Shown piece by piece: positions 9,726 through 18,343 of a DNA stretch of 20,000 nucleotides; the stretch's first letter is position 1; the number at the start of each line of letters is the position of its first letter. Below the pieces are notes generated by a model, which searched no databases, was not told the DNA's origin, and was given only the letters and a program-made list of their open reading frames with translations. Where the stretch lies: IMG/VR virus record IMGVR_UViG_2657245113_000004, positions 49,322 to 69,321 of that record; one strand, 5' to 3'. The stretch comes from an uncultured virus (IMG/VR IMGVR_UViG_2657245113_000004). Its lineage: Duplodnaviria; Heunggongvirae; Uroviricota; Caudoviricetes. A program made the position numbers and the translations under genes.

Positions 9726-9749
9726 AGGAATCGTATTCGGTCTATTTTT
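9726..9749 (+). other. Prophage att core: duplicated 3' end of the SdsR (RyeB) sRNA
   Basis: AGGAATCGTATTCGGTCTATTTTT matches the recalled SdsR 3' terminator half (AGGAATCGTGTTCGGTCTCTTTTT), and the 5' arm of that hairpin is absent. An IHF consensus follows on the minus strand (9749-9761). Confidence 0.7.
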
Positions 9750-9780
9750 AACCCATTGATTTTAAAGGTGAATTTTGTGG

Positions 9781-9821
9781 TTTATCGAAATTTATCGAAA
9801 TTTATCGAAATTTTATCGAAA
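9781..9821 (+). repeat. Four tandem TTTATCGAAA units, likely integrase arm-type sites
   Basis: Three exact 10-mers plus a fourth with an extra T, followed by a second TATTCGGTCT core fragment (9827-9836). Confidence 0.7.
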
Positions 9822-10084
9822 TCTGATATTCGGTCTTTTATAGCATCACGTATTCTTTCCCTATCGTATCAAGATACTTGTTCGTCACCTTCTCCGATTT
9901 ATGCCCCAGTAGTTTCATCGCAAATTTCTTACCTTTTTCCTTTTCATACAATCGTCCGGCTAAACTTCTGATCTCATGAAATTTTGAAAGAAGTACTTAG
10001 CGGCTTCATCGTTTGCAAAATGACGCCTAACTAATCTAATGCAACGTTCTTTATCTATGTATTACCACCAGAAATGTGAACATA

Positions 10085-10379
10085 TCGACAGGTTGATGGC
10101 CATGAAAAGCTAACTGCTGCGCCGGACAGTGAAAAGAGTCAATCTATATTTTGAACGTAAATGGCTATGGACGCAGGGGCACTCCGTGACTCAATGGTAA
10201 AGCGGGGAATGGTCAATGATAATACCGTACTCTGCCATCATCTCCTCCAAATTGTGTAGGTTCAAGCCAAATACATTGCGCGACCATATCAATGAACAGT
10301 GCTGTATTTTCAGTGGTATACGCAGAAAACATCGTAAAAAATAACATATTGCCTGACGACGGATTACTGCAACAGAGCC
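10085..10379 (-). mobile_element. Degenerate IS6-family remnant
   Basis: Minus-strand terminal GGCTCTGTTGCA (10368-10379) resembles the IS26 IR GGCACTGTTGCA. Fragments IDMVAQCIW and LNLHNLEEMMAEYGIIIDHSPLYH* match the IS6 transposase N-terminus (LSLRNLEEMMAERG..VDHSTL.RW). Confidence 0.75.
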
Positions 10380-10599
10380 GTATTTATTGTTGTAAAAATA
10401 ACAATAAATTATCTCGCATAAGAAATATCTTACAATAAGTCAGCTTCCATTCTGATATACGCCCCTTTTTGTTTATTGTTTAATCACCTCAATAAGGAAA
10501 AATGTTGATCAATATCAAATTTTGATAAAATTATCACTTTGATAACCTCAATTGTGTTGACATTTTCTAATATAATTAGAATAACCTCAGACTATAAAC

Positions 10600-11226
10600 A
10601 TGAAAAAGCAACTGATAGCACTAACAGCACTGTCTTATTAGATTTTTGGCTTCAATGCAGCAAACGCAAAAGCACCAACAGCAGAATTAACAGTCAAAGG
10701 TCAGGTGAGCCCCCCTGGTTGTATTATCATGGCTCCAGACGGCGGAGTCTATAACGTCGGTGAAATTGCAGGGCATACTGTTAAACCTTCGGCACTCACC
10801 GTATTGCCTTCAATAACCAAAAACTGGTCAGTAATTTGTGATGCTGAAACCTACGTTAGCGTGACCGGTAGCGATAACCGTGCTGGCAGTAGCACGTCCG
10901 GAGGTCGCTATGGATTAGGTTTTGTTAATGGCGCCGGAAAAATAGGTGATTACGGCGTTTATTTTTCAAATGCAAAGGTTGATGGTACTGCAAAATATTT
11001 CCGTAAACAGGAAGAAGCCGCTGCGGCTATTTTATCATTAAGCATTGGGCCACTGAATGGGCTGAGCTGGGTCCATGCTAATGCAACAAAAGCACCAGGA
11101 AAAGTATTCAGTGCTGATATTGAAGTCATGCCGAGACTTGGCAGTGTTGCTGATATGAAAGGCCCCATTACAGAGAATGTTAAAATAGATGGTTCAATGA
11201 CGTTGAGTATTATCATTGGTATATAG
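10600..11226 (+). pseudogene. DUF1120-like (fimbrial/GltF-like) secreted protein with an in-frame TAG in the signal peptide
   Basis: ATG 10600 reads MKKQLIALTALSY*IFGFNAANAKAPTAELTVKGQVSPPGC..., in the same frame as ORF 10705-11226, with the stop at 10639-10641. Cys pair, DNR.GS, YGLG and terminal IDGSMTLS are typical of the family. Confidence 0.7.
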
Positions 11227-11254
11227 ATAATAATACTTATAAAGGGAATTCATT

Positions 11255-11760
11255 ATTAAGTCCGTCATTTAAAATAAGCATTGATAATTTTATATCTAAA
11301 TTAATAAGATTTGCGCGGCAGTAATTATATTTGCAACATTAATCCCCCAGAGAGGGTTTATTTGATGCATTGGTCTTGTAAAATATCAAAAAACCTTGCC
11401 AAGCCTGAATATGTACGGGTTGAAACGGGTGTTTGCATCCAATGGGCGCATTAAAAGATCGATGGCAGTATGGACACTGCGAAAAGCATTAAAGCTACAC
11501 AGAATATGGTAAAAGTGTACGGTATGAGAGGGCTTAACGTAGCGCCATCATTAAGAATCAGACATGCCGAAGGGAATGCTATTGATATGAATATTTTATG
11601 AGCGAGAGATTTCAAAATAAAAGTGGCGAGGATATCTTAATTGAGAATTTTCCCGAAGAGGGAATGAATACAGAACTCCACGCCGTAGGGGAAAGTTTCG
11701 GTGTTATAAAAACCATGGTAGCTCTAAAGACAGAGCTGATTGGTCAACGGATATTTCATG
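11255..11760 (+). pseudogene. Degraded peptidase-M15-like (cell-wall hydrolase) gene
   Basis: Fragments across stops and frameshifts: PPERVYLMHWS, APSLRIRHAEGNAIDMNI (HxxGxAxD), GMNTELHAVGESFGVIK, HGSSKDRADWSTD. ORF 11598-11810 is a piece of this gene. Confidence 0.55.
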
Positions 11761-12102
11761 AGGGTGTCAATGTTTTTTATCTCTTGTCTAATAATGCGGT
11801 TTTCTTATGAATGTTGTTATATCCCCATAATTTGAATAAATAATACTTTGTTAAATATAAGGTTATATGGCTTGTCAATTAATTATCTAAGTTATCTCAA
11901 AAAATATAATCATCTGCAGCATGATGTTTTCATCAAATTTATTGGCGTTAATAAATCTCAAAACTACCAATTCGGATATCCTTGACGCGTTAATAAAGCA
12001 TGAGTTTTGACGCGTTATTGGAGTAATTACGATGTCGGGATCAAGCACAAAAACCTAGCAATGGTGCTGGGTTGGATCGCCATTTTGATGACTTAAGCAA
12101 TA

Positions 12103-12513
12103 TTAATAAAGGAGGTCTGTCGATACATTACCAGTAGCTAGATACTCTCGAAAAGCAGTGATCACCGGATCAAAATCATCAACTATAGTTGATGCTCCAT
12201 AAGGTTCACCGTGCATAAGCTGCAAGCCACCTGGTGAGTTTAGGTTGTGCAACGTCCTGACGTTATATTCACCATCACAATCATTTTCACCTAGCAACAA
12301 CATATAGCGTCCAGATTCAGTGTATAAAGATAACTCTTCAGGAACGATATCGTCACAAGCGTTATTTTTCATACCCAACACACCAACGTTATCACGGAAA
12401 AGTTCAAGGACTTGGAGTAAGTCATCCTCAGAAGGATTCTTTAAAGGTTTTAACTGTTCCCTATCACCAGAAGGGCTAAAGAAATAACCGCCTAACACCA
12501 TATCTTTATTCAT
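12103..12513 (-). CDS. Polymorphic-toxin immunity protein (acidic, DUF6911-like)
   Basis: Intact 136-aa acidic ORF with an ATGA overlap with the toxin stop, the canonical toxin-immunity arrangement. Confidence 0.7.
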   Translation of the reverse strand: MNKDMVLGGYFFSPSGDREQLKPLKNPSEDDLLQVLELFRDNVGVLGMKNNACDDIVPEELSLYTESGRYMLLLGENDCDGEYNVRTLHNLNSPGGLQLMHGEPYGASTIVDDFDPVITAFREYLATGNVSTDLLY

Positions 12514-13417
12514 TTAGCCACCTTGATAAATTTCATTCCTGTTTCCCATGTGTATTTTACTGGGTCACCATATTTATCGACAGCATGTATAGTGAGCGAG
12601 TTTACTTCAGCGGCATTTGCGGCTGAAGTAAACTCGCCTCTACAGTAACCACAGACATCTTTACCGCTCACAACCATGTTTATATCGGCTCCCTTCGAGA
12701 CCCCAGCTTCATGTGCTTGTTGAAGAGCACCTATTTCGGCATGAGCATCCGCCATATTTCCATTAGGGAACGTTTCTCTAGTACCGTCAGCTAACACTTT
12801 TGCTTTAGCTTGCTTAACCGCCTAAATCTTGGGCTGTTTTCGTATAACCTTCAACATTTCCGTTGTAAACGCCTCCGGCAGCCAGCAGTCGCTCCGGCAG
12901 CCTTGGTGTTAATAGTACGGAAGGCTTGCTGTGCTGGCAAATCAGGTACAGAAGCACGTACCAAACGCTGAACCTGTGTTGATCGTGGTTTTCCTTCAGA
13001 GTGACTATAATCCTTTCTACTCACCGAGCTATTAAATTCAGCGATAATCTTTTTCGCACCATCAAAATGAAAACTAAGTGGATCGGTGCAAATAAGCTTA
13101 CCGTTTTCACCAATATAAAATAGCTTGGCAGGGCCATGAATGTCGCTAAGCATGACAATATCGCCGGAAAATACCATTTTTTCCAGTTTGTCTTTTTCCC
13201 TAGCCCCACGAGATGCTCTCGAATGCGAGGCTGCCCTATTTTCACGCATATTAATAATGTAACGACCATTATTATTGTGGTCATCAAATTCATACTCACG
13301 GCAGATACGTGACCATGCGGCGTACGCGCTTATTATGCGCTCATACTCTTCGGGGGGAAGATTATCACGTGGCAGGGAATACAAATCATTGCCAGGCAAG
13401 CTAAGACTCATATCCAT
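12510..13417 (-). pseudogene. Polymorphic toxin with C-terminal zinc-dependent deaminase domain, disrupted
   Basis: The C-terminal ORF has HAE...VCGYC (HxE/CxxC). The N-terminal ORF shifts frame near 12893 within KAAG-RLLAAGGVYNGNVEG..TAQDLGG, then joins the toxin tip out of frame near 12820. Confidence 0.75.
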
Positions 13418-13793
13418 TTCCTTATGGTGTTAACTAAAGCAGTGCCACTGCATATCTATTGCTCAATAGATTTTCTACAAGAAAGCTCTGTATTTAGCCT
13501 TTTCGTGGAGTAAATATTTTTCTTATCTCTGATAAAAAAATAAATAATCGATATCCGGCCATGGTTTCTACATTGATTATTTTAGCCAGGTTCAACCGAC
13601 GAAATTTTTACCCACTCATTTCTATGGGAATCCAGATAGATAATGGTGAATGTTGTCACAGGTAATACCCTAGGATTATAGCGAGCGAGGCTCTGAAAAT
13701 AGTTTGAAATTATGGCGAGAGTTATACTGTCTAGTTGGCGATTTATGTTTACTGGTACTGATTTTTGTGGGAGCCAGCAACCTGAAAGCATGG

Positions 13794-13826
13794 AATAAGC
13801 CCCATCAGAAACTGATGGGGCTTATT
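13794..13826. terminator. Strong hairpin terminator downstream of the ABC-F gene
   Basis: Perfect 15-bp stem AATAAGCCCCATCAG-AAA-CTGATGGGGCTTATT. Confidence 0.75.
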
Positions 13827-13878
13827 GGTCATACACCCAGCGGATCTTTGAGTTAAAAACTTTTGAATCCGTTAGTCC

Positions 13879-15618
13879 TCACTCTCTTAAACCTAGCAGA
13901 CTATTAAGCTCGTCGATTTGTTGCTGCCACTCACGTTGTAATGTGATTTTTTGGTGTTTAGGTTTCCGCGCCAAATCCTCGGCCAGTTTGGCCTCCAGAT
14001 CCAGCAAGGCTGTCAGCAAATAATCTTCCTCACTTTTCATGAGGGTGGTAATAACAGCTGTAGCAATGGCTGAACTTGAACTCGGCGCTATTACTGGTTT
14101 ATCGGCCAGAATGTTGTAAACCGGAGCCAGGTCGTGCCACTCTTCGAGCCGTTGTTGGTGGATCAACCAGAAGCGATTACAACTTTGCTCAATTAGCATG
14201 CGGTCATGTGATACCAATAATACTGCACCTTTGAACGTTTTTAGTGTTTCCGCCAGTTCCTCTTTACCTTCTATATCGAGGTGGTTGGTCGGCTCATCCA
14301 GTAGCAGTAACGAATAGTTTGCCAGTGTTAAGCCGATAAACAGCAGCCGTGAACGTTCACCACCGCTTAGGGTACTTACCTTTTGTTGATGCCGCAGGTA
14401 AGGAAAGCCCGCACCAATCAGCGCCATTTTTCGCTGGTCTTCCGTCAATGGTGCAAAAGACGTCAGCGCGTCGCTGATTGAATCGTCATCGTGTAATTGA
14501 TGTAGGCTTTGATCGTAATATCCCATACGGACTTTTGGATGAAAAACTATACCCGCATCGGAGGTTTCTGGCTGGTTAAATTCTTGCCATAAGCTATGTA
14601 ATAACGATGACTTACCGCAGCCATTGCGGCCAACTAGCGCGATGCGATCGCCACTTTTTACTCTAACTTCATCCAGTTCGAATAAAACAGGTGCATCCGG
14701 CGCAGGACGCACCTGCAAATCAGATAGTGCCAGCACACGATCAGCAGGCAATGCTTCACCATTGAGCCGCAATTGCCATTGATTGCCGGCCGTTAATAGA
14801 GTTTGATCTTCCTTCATTCGATCAACTTGTTTCTCCATCTGCTTGGCTTTACGAGCCAGCTTTTCGTTGTCATACACGCTGCCCCAGATAGCCAACCGTT
14901 TGGCACTTTTCGCTACTCGGTCGATCTCCTTTTGTTCTGCATGATGGCGATGAGCATCGGCGCTATCCTTTTCTTCTAACGCCAGCCTGGCTTGTGAGCA
15001 GGGTAGACGAATAAATTGCAGGGTTTTATCGCGCAAGATCCAGGTGCAGTTGGTCACGCGGTCGAGCAGGCTGCGGTCGTGCGATACCAGTACAAAGCTG
15101 CCTCCCCAATTTTGTAGAAACTGTTCAAGCCATAGCAGAGTTGGTAAATCCAGGTGGTTACTGGGCTCATCCAGCAGCAGTAAATCCGGCTGGCGGATCA
15201 AAGCTCGCGCTAGCAGCAGGCGCGTATGTTGCCCGCCGCTCAGAGTTGCGGCAGTCAGTGACCATACGTTTTCCTCAAAACCCAGTGTGGCGAGTAGGAC
15301 TTCGGCTTGCCAGCGTTCCGGTTGGTGCAGGCTGCCCGGCAGATGATTGAGCACCGCATCTATCAACGTAGCTTCGTTTAATGCGCAGGGCAGATGCTGT
15401 TCTACCGTGGCCATCAAGCATTGATTTGCTGTTGTGATGGTGCCAGAGGTCATAGATAGTGCACCGCTGAGGATATTCAGAAGGGTACTTTTGCCACAGC
15501 CGTTATGCCCAATCAGGCCGATGCGGTCGCCTTTTTTCAGGCTAAAAGAAATCTCAGCCAGTAACGGACCGAAGGTGTTGTCGTAGCTGACAGATTGCGC
15601 AGAAAGTAATGTACTCAT
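13879..15618 (-). CDS. ABC-F family ribosome-associated ATPase
   Basis: Two NBDs (GHNGCGKST and GRNGCGKSS; LSGGQ and LSGGE; LLLLDEP.NHLD; VSHDR), a helical linker and no TM segments. The start is taken at MSTLL (15618). Confidence 0.93.
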   Translation of the reverse strand: MSTLLSAQSVSYDNTFGPLLAEISFSLKKGDRIGLIGHNGCGKSTLLNILSGALSMTSGTITTANQCLMATVEQHLPCALNEATLIDAVLNHLPGSLHQPERWQAEVLLATLGFEENVWSLTAATLSGGQHTRLLLARALIRQPDLLLLDEPSNHLDLPTLLWLEQFLQNWGGSFVLVSHDRSLLDRVTNCTWILRDKTLQFIRLPCSQARLALEEKDSADAHRHHAEQKEIDRVAKSAKRLAIWGSVYDNEKLARKAKQMEKQVDRMKEDQTLLTAGNQWQLRLNGEALPADRVLALSDLQVRPAPDAPVLFELDEVRVKSGDRIALVGRNGCGKSSLLHSLWQEFNQPETSDAGIVFHPKVRMGYYDQSLHQLHDDDSISDALTSFAPLTEDQRKMALIGAGFPYLRHQQKVSTLSGGERSRLLFIGLTLANYSLLLLDEPTNHLDIEGKEELAETLKTFKGAVLLVSHDRMLIEQSCNRFWLIHQQRLEEWHDLAPVYNILADKPVIAPSSSSAIATAVITTLMKSEEDYLLTALLDLEAKLAEDLARKPKHQKITLQREWQQQIDELNSLLGLRE

Positions 15619-15730
15619 GATGCTTATCCAGATTTCAGGCATAAAAATGCCTATCGTCAAAAATTACTGACGATAACCGGTAAGCCGGAGGGAAGTTCTC
15701 AGATTGTTTAGTTAGCTTCGCTCAAGCAGG

Positions 15731-15814
15731 TTATCGCAGCACGATACCAGTAATGCTTGAGCAATGACGATCGCTAAGGACGAGCGAAACTAAAAACATT
15801 TCACGGGTCAACAT
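15731..15814 (-). promoter_or_regulatory. Putative leader peptide (27 aa, MLTREMFLVSLVLSDRHCSSITGIVLR) and attenuator of the ABC-F gene
   Basis: Perfect SD AAGGAGG (15821-15827); alternative complementary segments lie between 15637 and 15795. Confidence 0.65.
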
Positions 15815-15993
15815 GGCAATCCTCCTTATATAAATTGGTGTATGAGTGAGTTGATTATATTGATGGAGTTGTTATTTAGTCTATCTTTTTATATTCCATT
15901 CTTATTCCAAAAATTATGCTTTACTCACGATTTATCTGCTTTCAGATTGTCAGAACTTGCTCACCTAAGCGGCTGCTGTGCCGTTGATGAGTG

Positions 15994-16058
15994 GATTAAA
16001 TCATAGGGTTATATTGATATCAATCATTAGTTTTACTTCATTATCAATCATAGGGTTA
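15994..16058 (-). promoter_or_regulatory. OL/PL-like operator cluster
   Basis: AATCATAGGGTTA at 15999 and 16046, with variant AATCATTAGTTTT at 16022. 15994-16011 is an exact 18-bp inverted copy of 16608-16625. Confidence 0.7.
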
Positions 16059-16077
16059 ATGTTTTGAAGTTTAGACG

Positions 16078-16101
16078 AAAAAACCAGCAAGAGCTGGTTT
16101 C
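16078..16101 (-). terminator. Terminator of the repressor gene
   Basis: AAAAAACCAGC-AAGA-GCTGGTTTC hairpin with a minus-strand U-tract. Confidence 0.75.
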
Positions 16102-16128
16102 ATTGGTGATTTATTTTGTCTATTGTTT

Positions 16129-16548
16129 CTACTTTAAGGATAATTCTTTGATATTTCTGGATTTCAATAGCTCATTGAATAACCTGTCGTAGTTCTCAAC
16201 TTTGGTCCTAAGTGCTTCAATATAATTGTCTTTATCACTTTCAGGTAGTCGGTCAAACAAATTCAGCAATTCCCTTTGTCTTTCACTTAAAACGACTTCT
16301 GAGACGGTGGGGAGCTCTGGGTTATCCGTTTCATCACTTAGCAACCAGGAAAGGGAAACACCAAAGGCTTCAGATAATTTTAATGCCGAATCTTTGCTTA
16401 TCTTTCCTTTCGTGAACCAGCGACCAGCGGCTTGAGGAGTTATTCCGCAGATACGAGCAAGCCCCGACTTATTCACGCCGGTTTTATTCATTAAGTGATA
16501 AAGTCGAGCCGCAATAGGCGGTTCCAGTGAGCTTTTTTCTTCTTTCAT
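16129..16548 (-). CDS. Phage repressor, Cro/C1 HTH (DicA/RacR-like, no S24 peptidase domain)
   Basis: HTH KSGLARICGITPQAAGRW, LSEAFGVSLSWLL, C-terminal LSERQRELLNLFDRLPES. ATG at 16548; the ORF track starts at 16566. Confidence 0.88.
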   Translation of the reverse strand: MKEEKSSLEPPIAARLYHLMNKTGVNKSGLARICGITPQAAGRWFTKGKISKDSALKLSEAFGVSLSWLLSDETDNPELPTVSEVVLSERQRELLNLFDRLPESDKDNYIEALRTKVENYDRLFNELLKSRNIKELSLK

Positions 16549-16558
16549 ATCAAGATTA

Positions 16559-16625
16559 TAAACCAAAGGTTTAATTATATAAATAACTCTTTAGTTGTAC
16601 TTTGATGTAACCCTATGATTTAATC
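16559..16625 (+). promoter_or_regulatory. OR/PR-like operator cluster
   Basis: Three spaced semi-palindromes: AAACCAAAGGTTT (16560), TAACTCTTTAGTT (16584) and TAACCCTATGATT (16608). Confidence 0.7.
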
Positions 16626-16813
16626 TGGTTGCTGTTTAACGTGGAGGTTGAAGCTACCCAGACAAAGATGCCCATCTTCAGCCCAAACTGGGCTGGGATC
16701 AAAAATACCCATTACGTAGCGGTAGGCAACTCTAGTGCTAAAAGGTTAGTTATAAAAAATCACAATTGAACATATGAGAAAATCTACTTAAAATAAGACA
16801 AAAGGTGGTTTTT

Positions 16814-16930
16814 ATGAATATAAATTATTTCCGTTGTCCGCTGATGTTCCATCCTCGAATAGCTAAAAGCAGTGGTTATCTGAACGTATAATCACTGCCA
16901 CGAAATCAACACGTTCCGTGGCTTTCTTTT
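16814..16930 (+). promoter_or_regulatory. Putative leader peptide (16814-16891, MNINYFRCPLMFHPRIAKSSGYLNV) with terminator/antiterminator before the acetyltransferase
   Basis: SD AAGGTGG. GCAGTGGTTAT (16869-79) pairs with ATAATCACTGC (16888-98), which overlaps the hairpin GCCACG...CGTGGC (16897-16922) followed by TTTCTTTT. Confidence 0.6.
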
Positions 16931-16948
16931 ATCGAAAAGGAAAAAGTC

Positions 16949-17593
16949 ATGAAAAATAAACACTGGTCACAAGTCGAGTATCTGCATCTTTCCGTCAAGA
17001 ACCCGAATATTTTGATCAGAGGCCAACATAGTTACTACAGTGACTGTTGGGACGATGGGTTTGAACATTCGGTTGTTCGTTATCTCCACGGCGACAACGT
17101 CAGCCAGCAATGGGAGCCGCTTGGGCATATTGACCAACTTATTATTGGTGATTATGTCTGTATTGGTGCGGAAACTGTAATATTAATGGGCGGGAATCAT
17201 AATCAATCCATTGATTTTATTAGCCTTTATCCCTTTATGAGTATGGTGAAAAAATCTTATCAGCCCAGAGGAAATACCGTACTGAATGATGGCTGCTGGC
17301 TTGGAATGCGCTGTATGGTTATGCCTGGTATTACGGTCGGAGAGGGCGCTGTTATTGCTGCGGGGAGTATTGTCACAAAAGATATTCCTGCGTATGCCGT
17401 CGTCGGTGGCAACCCGGCTCGGGTCATAAAATACCGTTTCTCTGAAGATGTCATTACGAGGATCGTAAATCTACGGATTTATAAACGACCAGATGATGAA
17501 ATTGAAAAGCTGATCCCATTGCTCAGCTCTGACGATATCTCCACGCTGGAAACCGCGTTAACCGAGCTATGCCCTTGGGAAAAAGACACTTAA
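16949..17593 (+). CDS. CatB/Vat-related hexapeptide-repeat xenobiotic O-acetyltransferase
   Basis: LIIGDYVCIG, MGGNHN (catalytic His region), YPF, CWLG....VMPGITVGEGAVIAAGSIVTKDIPAYAVVGGNPARVIKYRF; SD AAGGA. Confidence 0.9.
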   Translation: MKNKHWSQVEYLHLSVKNPNILIRGQHSYYSDCWDDGFEHSVVRYLHGDNVSQQWEPLGHIDQLIIGDYVCIGAETVILMGGNHNQSIDFISLYPFMSMVKKSYQPRGNTVLNDGCWLGMRCMVMPGITVGEGAVIAAGSIVTKDIPAYAVVGGNPARVIKYRFSEDVITRIVNLRIYKRPDDEIEKLIPLLSSDDISTLETALTELCPWEKDT

Positions 17594-17736
17594 TAAAATG
17601 AGAGCAGCTGATATTTCCTCTTTCATGGGGTTATGTCAGCTATTTCTAATATGTGGTTTTAATTAATTTAGTTAGAAGGGAAATCGAGTTTAATCGGGTC
17701 CCCTGTAGGGGGTTAATAATATAAGGATGTTACCTA

Positions 17737-17919
17737 ATGATTCCTATAGAAAACTTGATTAAGCTTCTGCCTTCGGATGGTACAGTTTTACTCCGTTGCG
17801 AACATGGTGAGATAGTGAGTGTGGAACACTTAAGAGATAATCAGTTTGTCGCGACCTTACCGGTATTAATCGAATTGGCAGAAATAGCCGGGTATACAAT
17901 TTCAATGCCCGATGTTTAA
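17737..17919 (+). CDS. Small hypothetical prophage protein
   Basis: 60 aa, SD AAGGA, in the usual position upstream of the nin-like/Q region. Confidence 0.6.
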   Translation: MIPIENLIKLLPSDGTVLLRCEHGEIVSVEHLRDNQFVATLPVLIELAEIAGYTISMPDV

Positions 17920-17992
17920 CGGAATAATAGCTCTGTCGGCCTGAACAACTGACAACCTAAGCAGTTGTTGTGTCATCACTCAAGGGGGCAAG

Positions 17993-18090
17993 ATGACACA
18001 ACTATCATTTATCAAATCTGACAATAACATACTGACACCGGCCATGCTCGAAGTCAGGGAGTATCTGCATTATAAAATCAAGTTGAGATG
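17993..18090 (+). pseudogene. N-terminal remnant of a DUF1367-like phage protein
   Basis: MTQLSFIKS..NILTPA..EVREYLHYKIKL resembles the DUF1367 N-terminus. The rest of ORF 17993-18265 does not. Confidence 0.5.
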
Positions 18091-18343
18091 CAGCTACGTC
18101 AACTATTTAACAAAATATATTCGTCATAGCGGCTTGTGGGCAGATAAGCACGCAGCCCCTATAACTTGCCTCAAATACTGTGATGTATTGCCGCGCTGTG
18201 CAATTAAACCTCCAAATGGGCAGGGGCCTGGAAATGCCATATTTTCCATAAACTCCCCCATTTAATTAATAGCGCCACCATCGACCCTAATTAGGACGGG
18301 GCGTTATGCACACACAGTATATTTCACGGAAGGAAGAAGAGTT

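Larger units (their letters stand above)
1..9749. mobile_element. Right-hand end of a temperate prophage integrated at the SdsR/RyeB locus; extends left of the window
   Basis: Giant phage-type polyvalent protein followed by cargo genes and an att-like core (9726-9749) with IHF-consensus and arm-like repeats nearby. The integrase is not in the window. Confidence 0.75.

Noticed and set aside
9726..9749. Intact SdsR/RyeB gene
   Set aside because: Only the 3' fragment is present; the upstream body and the 5' arm of the hairpin are absent.
9781..9821. Tandem repeat as a CRISPR array
   Set aside because: 10-bp units with no spacers and no cas genes.
9756..9971. 71-aa ORF
   Set aside because: Runs through the att arm repeats, has no SD and is not protein-like.
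10539..10754. 71-aa ORF
   Set aside because: Off-frame overlap with the DUF1120 5' region.
13582..13791. 69-aa ORF or possible sRNA before the strong hairpin
   Set aside because: No SD or recognisable family; the candidate -35/-10 spacing (13 nt) is wrong; the hairpin is explained by the ABC-F gene.
16949..17593. Naming as vatF or catB
   Set aside because: The family is clear, but the N-terminus does not match those alleles as I recall them and the substrate is unproven.
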